This document shows, in pieces, positions 27,971 through 40,450 of a DNA stretch of 64,000 nt. The stretch covers positions 60,197,267 through 60,261,266 of the forward strand of contig NC_068982.1 in the NCBI RefSeq assembly GCF_001194135.2, read 5' to 3'. Each line of letters begins with the position of its first letter. The stretch's first letter is position 1. The notes under the pieces were generated by a model. The model did no database searches. It was not told the DNA's origin and worked only from the letters and a program-made list of their open reading frames with translations. Both the position numbers and the translations under genes were made by a program. This stretch comes from Octopus bimaculoides (taxonomy: Eukaryota).

Positions 27971-28107
27971 ATATATATATCCTCCTCCTCCTCCTCCTCC
28001 TCCTCNNNNNNNNNNNNNNNNNNNNNNNNNNNNNNNNNNNNNNNNNNNNNNNNNNNNNNNNNNNNNNNNNNNNNNNNNNNNNNNNNNNNNNNNNNNNNNN
28101 NNNNNNN

Positions 28108-28153
<46 letters not shown>

Positions 28154-28163
28154 CCATCATCAC

Positions 28164-28200
<37 letters not shown>

Positions 28201-28924
28201 GTTTAACGTCCGCTTTCCATACTGGCATGGGTTGGATGATTTGACTGAGGACTGGCAAGCCAGGAGGCTGCACCAGGCTCCAATCTAATCTGGTAAGATT
28301 TCTGCAGCTGGATACCCCTCCTAACACTAACCACTCCAAGAGTGTAGTGGGTGCTTTTTACATGCCACCAACATGGGGGACAGTCATGCAGTACTGGCAT
28401 CAACCATGCTCGAATGTTGCTTTTTACGTGCCACCACCATGGGAGCAAGTCAGGTGGTACTGGCATTGGCCATGCTCAAATGGTGCTTTTTGCAAGCCAC
28501 TGGTACAGGTGCCAGTGAAGCGGCACTGGCATTGGCTATAACTTCGATTTCACTTGACTGAACAGGACTCCTCAAGCACAGCATATTGCCCAATGATTGA
28601 AAGGTACTTTTAAATGGGTCAGTTATGCAACACAGGCATCAGCCACGGCTATGATCTCACTTAGCTTGTCGGGTCTTCTCAAGCACAACATTTCTCCAAA
28701 GGTCTTGGTCGCTTGTCATTGCCTCTGTGAGGCCCAAAATTTGAAGACCATGCTTCACCACCTCATCCTATGTCTTCCTGGGTCTACCTCTTCCACAGGT
28801 TCCCCCCTCCACTGTTAAGGTGTGACACTTCTTCACACAGATGTCCTCATCCATACTCAACACATGATCATACCAGTGCAGTCGTCTCTCTTGCACACTA
28901 CATCTGATGCTTACGTGTAGCTTT
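28108..28924 (-). mobile_element. RTE LINE 3' end: ORF2 C-terminus (28657-28924), 3'UTR and (GAT)n tail
   Basis: SIRCSVQERRLHWYDHVLSMDEDICVKKCHTLTVEGGTCGRGRPRKT*DEVVK..SDQDLWRNVVLEKTRQAK* matches the RTE RLxWxGHVxRM...GRGRPxKxW...DRxxWR pattern and runs straight into the tail repeat; 5' side lost in the gap. Confidence 0.9.
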
Positions 28925-29941
28925 NNNNNNNNNNNNNNNNNNNNNNNNNNNNNNNNNNNNNNNNNNNNNNNNNNNNNNNNNNNNNNNNNNNNNNNNNNNN
29001 NNNNNNNNNNNNNNNNNNNNNNNNNNNNNNNNNNNNNNNNNNNNNNNNNNNNNNNNNNNNNNNNNNNNNNNNNNNNNNNNNNNNNNNNNNNNNNNNNNNN
29101 NNNNNNNNNNNNNNNNNNNNNNNNNNNNNNNNNNNNNNNNNNNNNNNNNNNNNNNNNNNNNNNNNNNNNNNNNNNNNNNNNNNNNNNNNNNNNNNNNNNN
29201 NNNNNNNNNNNNNNNNNNNNNNNNNNNNNNNNNNNNNNNNNNNNNNNNNNNNNNNNNNNNNNNNNNNNNNNNNNNNNNNNNNNNNNNNNNNNNNNNNNNN
29301 NNNNNNNNNNNNNNNNNNNNNNNNNNNNNNNNNNNNNNNNNNNNNNNNNNNNNNNNNNNNNNNNNNNNNNNNNNNNNNNNNNNNNNNNNNNNNNNNNNNN
29401 NNNNNNNNNNNNNNNNNNNNNNNNNNNNNNNNNNNNNNNNNNNNNNTATATATATATATATATATATATATGTACATATATATATATATGTGTATATATA
29501 TACACATATATATATATATATTTATATGTGAATATATACATATATGTATATGTTTTTATATATATATGCATATACAAATGTATATGTATATATATATATT
29601 TGTGTGTGTGTGTGTGTGTGTAAACATGCTATTACAAATACACAGTGAAGGAAGAAAGGGGAGAACAACATTATTACTCAATTTATATTATTGTTTGGAT
29701 GACTCATGATCCATAACTTGAAGTTAGCCCTTAGGCTAATAGATATATCCCTCACTAACTGGGATATACACCTGAGTATGTAATCAACCAATCAGCAATG
29801 CTCTAAACAATTTTGAACAATATATAAAGATGCTTACTAACTTACTGTATAATAGTGGTGTATAATTTATTTATGTGCATGGAAGAATGAATGGATGGAT
29901 AAACAATTAGAATGATAATCTGAGAAACAGTCAATCAAATA

Positions 29942-29992
29942 GGTAGATAGATCAATAGGTAGATGGACGTACAGACAGACTGATAGAGTGAC

Positions 29993-30056
<64 letters not shown>

Positions 30057-30085
30057 TGATAGATAGATAGACAGATAGATAGATA
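29942..30085. repeat. (GATA)n tetranucleotide microsatellite
   Basis: Directly visible. Confidence 0.95.
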
Positions 30086-30410
30086 GATGAGTAATATGTA
30101 GTTAGCCACATTTTAAATCAGTTTGAAAGCTAAATGCTGAAGATCATCCAATTCTCACACTTTTCATCGAATTCACACATACATGCATGCAATGAATACA
30201 TGTACACACACATACACATGCATATATATATATATATATAGGCATACATGTATGTGTGTATGTGTGTATACATGCATATATATATATATATATAGGCATA
30301 CATGTATGTNNNNNNNNNNNNNNNNNNNNNNNNNNNNNNNNNNNNNNNNNNNNNNNNNNNNNNNNNNNNNNNNNNNNNNNNNNNNNNNNNNNNNNNNNNA
30401 TATATGCATG

Positions 30411-30458
<48 letters not shown>

Positions 30459-31362
30459 TACATACATATATATATATTTATTTACATGCATGTCTTTCTA
30501 TGAATTTTGCTGGCATTTCTGCTGCAAAACAAATTTAAGGAAAAATTAAATTTTTCACTATCAATAAAATTAGACTGACAGAGCACTAAACAATTTGTAA
30601 TTAACATGCCTAAATAGACAAATGTTTCAACGTAGAAGAGACATCAAAAGCTTGTCGGAAAACTAAACTGTCCTCTAAATTTTACTATCAAAAGTGCTTC
30701 GTGTGGAAAACATGAAGAAGTAAAATAAAATATATTAAAAAATACACAATTGCCAAGCATTTATTCAGCTGGAAGCAATCAAGAAAAGCAGGAAAACTAA
30801 TTGTTGCTGGTTTCTCTTCAGCAGTTTATTGGTGGCTCATTAAATTTTACACATGTCAAGAGAGTTTTTCATTATTTATTTACTTATTTACAAGGGAGGT
30901 TAAAATATTCTGTGAGTCATTCTTGAATAGAAAGTTCACATACACACACACACACACACAAAAGAAAAAAAAAACATGCATTATTTCGGTAGATATGTTG
31001 TTGCAACAAAAGTTATATTGCCTAATTTTTCTTCTTTACAATTTGTTTGTTGTTGTTGTTATTGTTTGACCCCAGGCTTGTAATCATCAAAAGGTATTCG
31101 AGACACAACCACTATCTCTTAGCCATTGCATATCTAGGGTTACTTTATCCAATGTATCATTCACCAAGGTTTAATTTGAGGGAGATTTGGTTGCTATTTC
31201 CAGCAAGTATAGTGAGCACATAGAACATCATCATTAGCTCATTTCATTATGTTAGTCATGTTGAATACATGTATATATAAATAAGTAAATGCGTGTGTGT
31301 GTATGTGTGTGTTTGTGTGTATTTATATTTATTTATACATGCACATATATATATGGCTTTTA

Positions 31363-31435
31363 GTCATTTGAGCCTGATGAGTCACCTACACTGCTAAGCA
31401 CTTCATAGATATGAAACCATTGGTCACTCTATGAC
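31363..31435 (+). ncRNA. Degenerate type-I hammerhead ribozyme motif
   Basis: CTGATGA 31374-31380; GAAA 31413-31416; stem III ACCA-T-TGGT; GTC triplet ending 31425; stem I GTCAT..GAG / CTC..ATGAC; stem II decayed. Confidence 0.6.
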
Positions 31436-32469
31436 CAACCATAACTTTTAACTTCCTAAAATATATTTATATGTTTAATGAATTGGAATGACAAAGAAAT
31501 AAACACTTATGAACTTCATTGGCTTGCAGCTGTCTCTGCTTTAAGGTGCAGTGGACTCATATAGCTTCACCAGAGCTTCAGACATGAAGCGCAATTTATT
31601 TGAGAAAACATTTACTTTCATGTACATACACAGAAAAGCAAAATCTTATCCAGGCCATGATATCTTAGAAAAAAAAAGAGATAGAAAATCAATAATATAA
31701 TGATTTTTATATCTATATCTATATCTATTTACTTCTCTCTCTCTCTTTCTGTGATTTTATTTTTGATCTTCTATATAAATGAAGATATTTCCTCCGTCTG
31801 GTTACTTTTCTTTCTATAAAATGGGAAGTTACATTGCGGAACTGTTATTTTAACAAGTTGTATTTATTTATCACCCAACAAGATACATCTACAATACCGG
31901 ATGCTCCTGAAACAGTTGTTGAATGTCCCACACATGAGGAATCAATGCTAAATGTGACAAAACAATTGTCATGAATAATAATAAATTCTTGTATACTCCA
32001 TCTTCAGTCTTTCACTTGCCATATACATAACGATCACTGTGAAAGTGACCATGCTTTACCAGTAAGCTACCAAGTGTAAACCATTCGTTTTTTATGTATG
32101 TCCACATGTATGTATAGCTGTTAAAGAACCCATAAGTTAGAAATAATATGCATTCATACATTTGTCAATAGAGTGGGTAATATTAATCAAAGTGTACAAT
32201 ATTATATATCAATTACGGCCAATCTTACCAATCAGTTTTGCACTAGAGGTTCAATGGATTTTTACATAACAGCCCAATTATGTAACACTGATCTCTATTC
32301 AAGAAAACACTCACCACATTCCATTCCATAACTGCCATCTCTGATGAGCACAGAGTTACATAAGCTGTTATCTAACACTCCATTGAATCCCTAGTGCAAA
32401 ACCAATCAGTTAGACCAGCCATAATAGATACATATGATACAGCACACTTCAATTAGCATATATATATAT

Positions 32470-32639
32470 ATATATTCTTTTATCGTTTTAGTTGTTTCAG
32501 TCACCTAACTGCGGCCATGCTGGAGCATCACCTTAAAAGGTTTTAGTCGAAGAAATTAACCCCAGGACTTATTTTTTCTAAGTCTAGTACTTATTCTATT
32601 GGTCGCTTTTGACAATCCATTATGTTACAGCGCCGTAAC

Positions 32640-32640
<1 letters not shown>
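32470..32640 (-). mobile_element. SINE family B 3' portion
   Basis: GTTTCAGTCACCTAACTGCGGCCATGCTGGAGCATCACCTT..AGTACTTATTCTATTGGTC. Confidence 0.75.
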
Positions 32641-32696
<56 letters not shown>

Positions 32697-33455
32697 NNNN
32701 NNNNNNNNNNNNNNNNNNNNNNNNNNNNNNNNNNNNNNNNNNNNNNNNNNNNNNNNNNNNNNNNNNNNNNNNNNNNNNNNNNNNNNNNNNNNNNNNNNNN
32801 NNNNNNNNNNNNNNNNNNNNNNNNNNNNNNNNNNNNNNNNNNNNNNNNNNNNNNNNNNNNNNNNNNNNNNNNNNNNNNNNNNNNNNNNNNNNNNNNNNNN
32901 NNNNNNNNNNNNNNNNNNNNNNNNNNNNNNNNNNNNNNNNNNNNNNNNNNNNNNNNNNNNNNNNNNNNNNNNNNNNNNNNNNNNNNNNNNNNNNNNNNNN
33001 NNNNNNNNNNNNNNNNNNNNNNNNNNNNNNNNNNNNNNNNNNNNNNNNNNNNNNNNNNNNNNNNNNNNNNNNNNNNNNNNNNNNNNNNNNNNNNNNNNNN
33101 NNNNNNNNNNNNNNNNNNNNNNNNNNNNNNNNNNNNNNNNNNNNNNNNNNNNNNNNNNNNNNNNNNNNNNNNNNNNNNNNNNNNNNNNNNNNNNNNNNNN
33201 NNNNNNNNNNNNNNNNNNNNNNNNNNNNNNNNNNNNNNNNNNNNNNNNNNNNNNNNNNNNNNNNNNNNNNNNNNNNNNNNNNNNNNNNNNNNNNNNNNNN
33301 NNNNNNNNNNNNNNNNNNNNNNNNNNNNNNNNNNNNNNNNNNNNNNNNNNNNNNNNNNNNNNNNNNNNNNNNNNNNNNNNNNNNNNNNNNNNNNNNNNNN
33401 NNNNNNNNNNNNNNNNNNNNNNNNNNNNNNNNNNNNNNNNNNNNNNNNNNNNNNN

Positions 33456-33503
<48 letters not shown>

Positions 33504-34266
33504 GAGTAAGGTATCCTCAAACTGGAGTCTTGTCCTGATTGCTTACAACAGGGTGAACCCCACTAACAGTGCACACAATGCCAGGTGATGATGTTAAACT
33601 AGATAATGGACTAAGTCTACAATCCAAGTAGGCCAGCTGGCCACAATGCAATTTGAACTCAGAAGTCAAAAGACCAGAACAAATATTGCAAAGCATTTCC
33701 TCTGATGTGTTAGCATTTCCATCAGTGCACCTTCCGAAAAAAAAACACTTTATTTATAAATCTATTGGAAGATGAACTCCACAAAGTTGGACCATGATGC
33801 AAGAAGCCAGAATATATACTGCAATGCATTTAGTCTAACACTCTAATGCCTCGGCTATTTTCACTTATGCATGAGAATGTGCACACACACACGTGTGTGT
33901 GTATGTGTGTGTGATTGGGTATGTTCAGGTGCATGATGCAGGCAGATGAGTTGGATTTGCATGATTCCAAGGGGTTTCAATTCCTTTGCATAGCACTTCA
34001 TGCTCGTGTCTTCTTCAAGAGCCATGGATTACCAAAAGCCTTTTCAGTGAATTTAGAAAGACAAAAGAACACAAGGAAGCCAATCAGATGTCCATGTTTC
34101 AGAAAGCCAGCTTTATCATACATTGTATCAGGTTGAATCTGCTTAAAGATGGCAATAAGGATACATCAGCTTCCTTCACTTCTCCCTATATCTTCTTTTG
34201 GTATTCATGTCCTAGTTTCCTTCTTTATGGATAGCTTACCCCCCACTCCCATGCCATATATATATA

Positions 34267-34588
34267 CAAGGGTGCTGAAAAGTTCCTAGCTTTAAAGATA
34301 TTGTGAAAGGCCCGGAGGCCCAACCTTCCAAGTTCTTTTACAGGTCTTAGAAAAACTGAAGGACTGCTGCAATAAGTGTATGCATCTGAGAGGGAAATAT
34401 GTTGAATAAAATCTTATTAGTTTGGGCAAAAAGTTTGTGCACCATGCAAAGTATTATCTTAACACAGCATTATTTTAAAAGTAAAATAATGCTTAATACA
34501 GCACACAAACTTTTTCCTCAAACTAATAATTAACTGATCCTCTTGTATTTTCTTATACCAAAAGCCAGGAACTTTCAGCACCACCTTG
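34267..34588 (+). mobile_element. mariner-derived MITE (internal-deletion derivative)
   Basis: TIRs CAAGGGTGCTGAAAAGTTCCTAGCTTT / AAAGCCAGGAACTTTCAGCACCACCTTG, TA at 34265-34266. Retains transposase C-terminus LEKLKDCCNKCMHLRGKYVE* (mariner KLxxRWxKCxxxxGxYVE). Confidence 0.85.
34417..34526. mobile_element. Nested 110-bp mariner-type MITE
   Basis: TA at 34415-34416 and 34527-34528; TIRs TTAGTTTGGGCAAAAAGTTTGTG / CACAAACTTTTTCCTCAAACTAA; inner CAGCATTATTTT..AAAATAATGCT palindrome. Confidence 0.85.
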
Positions 34589-35930
34589 TGTATGTGTGTG
34601 TGTGTGTGTGTGTGTAGCATGTATGAGTAACTGTCAGTATATTTATCTAACTTATTCCCTCTATAGAGAAGACATTTAGAAGTAGAAAGAAAATATGGAA
34701 AATATTTTATTTAGTCGAGTTGTTGTTCTATATTTCTCACGTTTATCTAGTCATCAACCTTTATATTCTCTACTCACACACCTGAATGCATGCACTTACA
34801 CTCATGCACAAACGCACACACATAAGCTAACATATATGCATTCACACACACACACACACACACACATACAAGAATTCAAGAGTGGCTTAAATGAATCCAT
34901 GAGTTATTTCAGCTTACAACATATTCTTTATAATTCTCTTCTGAATTAAGAAAACAGAAAAAAGTTGCCATAAATAGCACCTGTAGTTACCATTTTCTTT
35001 CATTATTTTTTTTTTACGTCTTCCAACATAATATTTTTTATTCTTATATCTTTACATAAATGTGATCTATTTATTCTAAAACTAACAAGGGTGTTTAAAT
35101 CAAATGCACTAATGTATAAAGTAGTGTTTAGCCATTTCAGTTGCACATAAAATGACAGAAACTCCATGTGATATATGTATATATGTTTTTCTTCTTAACT
35201 CTGAAGCTCTAGCTAACTCACATTTCACAGTGAATCACAAACAGAGACAAAAATCAGAGAATATAGAAATCTTGAGTCCATTAACAGTAGACAATCTGAT
35301 CTAATAAACTGACAAACAGACTAATAAACAATCATTGATATCACAGCAATGCTGAGGGTTTTTTTTAAGAAGTACCAAAGAAAAAAAAACTCTAGGAACA
35401 TTCTTGAAAATATATTTAACTGAAACATAAGATGTGGAAGTAGCTACAATAATTGCTTATAGCTCAAACTGGGAGAAAAAAAAATAGGCAAAAATATGAA
35501 TGTTTATATTGCTGTGATCTATTTTTGTCAAAAAATTCCTGTAATTCACGTTCCAAACATACACATTTGCAAATAAATTTGCACATCACATAAAATCAGT
35601 AGTTAAATTCTTTTATATCTCACTGGTAATATAAATACAGGTAACACAACCCAACATGTTTTATTATAAATCTATATATGAATCATTTAGCATTTATATA
35701 TGAATGTGTGTGTGTGTTTGTGTATATATTTACATATATATATATATGTACATGCGTGTATGAGTCTATAGTCTATATAAATGAATATATATATTATATT
35801 TTATATATTATAGTTATATTTAACATATATGTATATATGAATATATATATTCTATATATTATGTATATATAATATATCTGTATATTTATATATATTATAT
35901 ATCATCATCAAATTTCTGTTTTACGTGTAC

Positions 35931-35967
<37 letters not shown>

Positions 35968-35996
35968 TATGCAGGCACACACACACAGAGAGGCAA

Positions 35997-36035
<39 letters not shown>

Positions 36036-36285
36036 TGTGTGTGTGTTTGTGTGTGTGTGTGTGCACGCATGTGTAATTTATGTCATCTAATCCAGAACTC
36101 CATTGCAATGGAATTTTTCTGACATGCAGTCAATTCTGTAGACAGTAAAACAAAAAAGAAACAAAATTGTCTAAGGGATTGGCTGTGCACTACTCCAGTG
36201 TGACAGACTAAATCAACTGAGATAAATTATTATATTCTACTATAATATCAAGTACCTTTTCTCCTATTTAAAAAAAAACCAACAC

Positions 36286-36322
<37 letters not shown>

Positions 36323-36516
36323 NNNNNNNNNNNNNNNNNNNNNNNNNNNNGGGGTGTTTCTATGCAGGAAAAAATATAGGAAAATGTGTTGTTGAAAATG
36401 CACGTAAATTTCAAAAATTCATAAATGTTTAAAATACATTTATATACCAAACTAGTTTCAACAATATTTTTTGTTTATCAATGGTAAATGTAAAAATTAG
36501 AAAAACTTCTTTAAAA

Positions 36517-36588
36517 GTTTCAATGTTGACGAACTAAAATGTTTCAATGTTGACAAATTAAAATGTTTCAATGTTGACAAATTAACAT
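36517..36588. repeat. 24-bp tandem repeat x3 (GTTTCAATGTTGACAAATTAAAAT)
   Basis: Three consecutive units visible. Confidence 0.9.
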
Positions 36589-36859
36589 GTTCAAAACAAA
36601 GTGTAAGTTTGAATGTTCATAGCAGTCAATAAAATTAAAATTGTATATCAATTTGTGGTCAACAAGTCATACTGAAAAAAACAAGTGTGAAATGAAAATA
36701 GATAAAAAAAGGGGAATTTGGTTTACAGTTTCTCTGATCCTCTTCTAATAGATGCTTTCGCTTGTAGTGGTATGTTTTGGGATCAGATGAATTTAAAAAA
36801 TCAGATCTGCTCGCGGAAAAAAAATTATATATATATATATACGTACATATATATACAGT

Positions 36860-37020
36860 TTATCCGAAGTAGCAGCCCTCAGCTTAAACCACAGCTTCAA
36901 GATGGCTCTTGAACCTGGTGCAAACCTTCCTCACTGTGCTGCTGAGAAGAACTCTGAACACCTCCTTGATCTTGACCACTAGCTTGGCCTTAGCGTTGCA
37001 GGCAGAGTCGTTGGTGTCTT
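36860..37020 (-). mobile_element. Tc1/mariner transposase C-terminal remnant
   Basis: Minus translation KAKLVVKIKEVFRVLLSSTVRKVCTRFKSHLEAVV*AEGCYFG* matches the ACxRFRxRLEAVxxAxGxY terminal motif. Confidence 0.85.
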
Positions 37021-37039
37021 ATATGTATATATTGGTGCC

Positions 37040-37273
37040 ACACAAAAATCAGTTGGTGTTAGGAAGAGCAACCTGCTATAAAAACCATTCCAAAGCAGAC
37101 ATTTTGAAGCATCTAGTCATTGCTAGCATATGGAGGACAGTTCTTAAATTATGATGACGATGATGATAATGATGATGATGATGATTATGATGATGACGAC
37201 GACGATTAAGATTTTATACATATCATCATCATAATCATGAACCCATGCTAACATATGGAGGACAGTTGTTAAC

Positions 37274-37300
<27 letters not shown>
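37040..37300 (+). mobile_element. RTE-type tail copy with duplicated terminal segment
   Basis: GTTGGTGTTAGGAAGAGCAACC...GCTAGCATATGGAGGACAGTT.TTAA+(GAT)n; GCTAACATATGGAGGACAGTTGTTAA+(GAT)n is repeated at ~37245. Confidence 0.7.
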
Positions 37301-37304
<4 letters not shown>

Positions 37305-38196
37305 ATATACATATATATATATCAACATCATCATTATCCTCATCATCATCATCATCATCAAAAGAAACTTTCAATTTCCTTTAATCTCAACTTTGTATGT
37401 AAGAGTTGGTGTTTATTCAGGTCATCTCTGGTCAAACAGTTCTATGATCAAAATATTTTAGTTCAGGTCATTTATTTTGTATTTTCATACTCAAGACTAC
37501 TATGTCCGATGACTCTTTTTGTAGCTGTCTCTGTATCTTCTTTAATGTATGTACACCACTGATAGACCATTCAAGAAAGAAAGGTGTGATTTGAGAGAAA
37601 TTTAACAGCTGGTGTTAGCAAGTCAAACAAGTGCATAACATCTCTAGTGGTAGCTTGTTATGTATGTGAGTGTGAGGAACTGCTTGTGTGTGTGTGTTTG
37701 CATGTGAGCACTGGTTATGTGCTTGTGTCTGTGAGAGAGATGAGTTATGTTTCTGTGTATGTGTGTGAATGAATGAATGCAAATGCTGTCAAATCAATGA
37801 CAAAGAAAAATGTGATAACATTATCTAGACACCAAGACTATATTATATAGAGATATTCATATCTCTTGACAAATTTTAGTTAGATATCAAAATATATTAT
37901 ATTAGATATCACAATAAATTATCACATTGACAAATTTTTCCTTAGATGTCCCAAATAAATTGTAATTCTTAGATTAGAGCAAATATTTGTTCATTTATTT
38001 CATCTTCTAAACTAGTTCATCTTCTGAACTAGCTTCAGTTTTTCTCTTTTAAAATTTTAATTTGTAGCTCACTGGAAGTCTACACAGCATCTTGAGAAAG
38101 TGTCTTTTACTATAGCCCAGGCAAATTAATGGCTTGTGAGTGAATTTGGTCAATGAAACTGCAGGAAGCCCACTGTAAATATATATATGTATGTAT

Positions 38197-38241
<45 letters not shown>

Positions 38242-38244
<3 letters not shown>

Positions 38245-38670
38245 TCATCATCATCATCGTCGTTTAACGTCTGCTTTCCATGCTAGCATGGGTTGGACGA
38301 TTTGACTGAGGACTGGTGAAATCAGATGGCTACACCAAGCTCCAATCTGATTTGGCAGAGTTTCTACAGCTGGATGCCCTTCCTAATGCCAACCACTCTG
38401 AGAGTGTAGTGGGTGCTTTTACGTGCCACCAGCACGAAGGCCAGTCAGGCGGTACTGGCAACGGTCATGCTCAAAATAGTGTATTTTACGTACCACCTGC
38501 ACAGGAGCCAGTCCAGCGGCACTGGCAACGATCTCACTCAAATGTCTTTACACGTGCCACTGGCACAAGTGCCAGGAAGGTGACGCTGGGCACAGGTGCC
38601 ATCACGATTTCGCTTTCGCTTTCCCCAACAGGACTTTGCAAGCCGAGTTTCGTGTCCATTGAAGGAGACG
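38242..38670 (-). mobile_element. Young RTE-type 3' tail/UTR copy
   Basis: (CAT)n GTTTAACGTCTGCTTTCCATGCTAGCATGGGTTGGACG...; retains many CpGs; near-identical to 1-277. Confidence 0.85.
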
Positions 38671-38676
38671 ACGTTC

Positions 38677-38732
<56 letters not shown>

Positions 38733-39030
38733 GTGAGATAGAGAGATATGTGTATAAAAATTTATACACAGAGAGAAGCCCGCTATGTGGACTTCTTACT
38801 TGCTAAAAGGACAGTCAAATCCCAAACCATGTATAAACATTCTTATTTATGGCATATTGCTTGTAAGCGAGTAGGACACGTGGAAGAAAGAAAAAACCCT
38901 TAGTTAACTCTATATTTCAGACATGAAAATATTTGTCTTCTAACAGTGTTACGGATGCTAACCACTTGTATGAATTATTACTTTTAATAATCTTTACCCT
39001 TGTATATATATATATATATTTATACATACA

Positions 39031-39657
39031 CTACCTGAATTACCTGGTGCTGCTCAAGTTACTGTTGTTCGTATTCAGATTAGTAAACAATAAATATAAA
39101 GATATTTTTTTCCCATAACTATTTCAAAATATCTATAATTTACTTAAAAATATCCAAATTGTAATGATAATAGAATTTTGAGCTGAAAATCTGTCAAACA
39201 CCTCAGGGTAAACAATATTCGTTGTGTAATTTGTTGTTGGTGTCCAAATGAATAAATTGTTGCAATTTCGAACTCATGGGCAAGCAACATAGAGTTGGCC
39301 GTAGGAGAAGCATGTAGTAGAGAGATGAAGTCCAATTACCTTGAGGGATTGACCCTGAGATTCGTTAATTGAAATATCAAAACTTAGTTTGACTCGAAAC
39401 TGAAGCCTCTTAAATTCAAATGGAACATCTGTAGGTATGAGAAGAAATTTTGAAATAAAACATTTTCTTCTTTGTAATTGCCTGTTAAGATTGTTGCTTG
39501 TAGGACATGGGTCTTCATGGAAGTAACAGTTAAGTGAGTTCCATTACACAGGGAAGGTGGGTCAAGATTCCTAAACAGCATAATGGGAGCATCCAGCTTT
39601 AGTGTCAAGTTATGCAGTGGCATCCCAGTGGGTTTAAGTGTGTTCAGAAATTCGATG
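39031..39657 (-). mobile_element. Helitron 3' portion: PIF1-like helicase C-terminus plus 3' end
   Basis: EFLNTLKPTGMPLHNLTLKLDAPIMLFRNLDPPSLCNGT, then after a frameshift IPTDVPFEFKRLQFRVKLSFDISINESQGQSLK..CFSYGQLYVACP*V..TNIVYPEV. Degenerate hairpin then GTAG/T at 39031 (expected CTAG/T). Confidence 0.9.
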
Positions 39658-40450
39658 GCAGACTTCCATTGTGAGGCACAGGTCTCATTGCAGAATCCAA
39701 ATTGAGATACACTATTTTGTGTTTATTCTTCATAGAAAATCCTGTGACATTTACTTTGCAAAAATAACAGTCATTAAAATGGTCATTTGGCTCCCTTCAT
39801 TTCATTGGAATAGTAAAAGGCATGGACTTCTTATTGAACCAGTCATGTAAGCCATTTGAGCAAGCTGAGCAGATAAAATGTGGTACCCATAACTTGTCCT
39901 GATCCCCAAGAGGACTATCTCCAAGTATAGCTTATAAATCTTCTCTTGATCTCTGGTGTTATTGTACGTTTCTGAGCTTTCGCAATAAATTGTCCACAGA
40001 CATAACAAAACACATCAGGATGATTTCTACACTGTCTTGACATTGTTAACACTGTAAAACAAGTAAAGAAATAAATACAAACGGTTATACTTATATTGAA
40101 TTTGAGATGATGAAATATTTCATCAGACCAATTATGACTGGACAATTTGAGAAGTTGAAATACCTATTTCATCAGAGAAAACTTAAGATGATGAAATATT
40201 GCATCTGAACTATGCAGCAATGAATAATGTAGTTTATTTTAAAGGTATGTTTCCATGATGTAAATGAAATACATGCATACACATCATCAATTGGAATTTC
40301 TATATAATGCATGAGCTAAAACCAAAAAACTTTCTCATCTTGAAAACTGTACGTGATGTCAAAAAACTAATTGTATATTTGAAACCAGCATTAAAAACTA
40401 CACTAAGTAAACCTTGACATATGATTGATGAAAATACTCGTTGACCAGTG
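39655..40450 (-). mobile_element. Chapaev3-like (CMC superfamily) DNA transposon, 5' end and transposase N-terminus
   Basis: Terminus CACTGGTCAA at 40450. ATG at 40043: MSRQCRNHPDVFCYVCGQF, then frameshift LGDQDKLWVPHFICSAC..MPFTIPMK*REPNDHFNDCYFC..SAMRPVPH, the Cys-rich Chapaev3 N-terminal pattern as I recall it. Confidence 0.75.

Noticed and set aside
33915-34234. Overlapping non-repetitive ORFs of 73 and 82 aa
   Set aside because: No recognisable domain or consistent splice signals; possibly old TE debris.
36075-36147. Strong minus-strand acceptor followed by IDCMSEKFHCNGVLD (LDLa-like)
   Set aside because: A stop replaces the next conserved Cys, no donor is present and all frames close quickly.
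36517-36588. 24-bp repeats (also 47061-47200) as a CRISPR array
   Set aside because: Head-to-tail units with no unique spacers, eukaryotic context, no cas genes.
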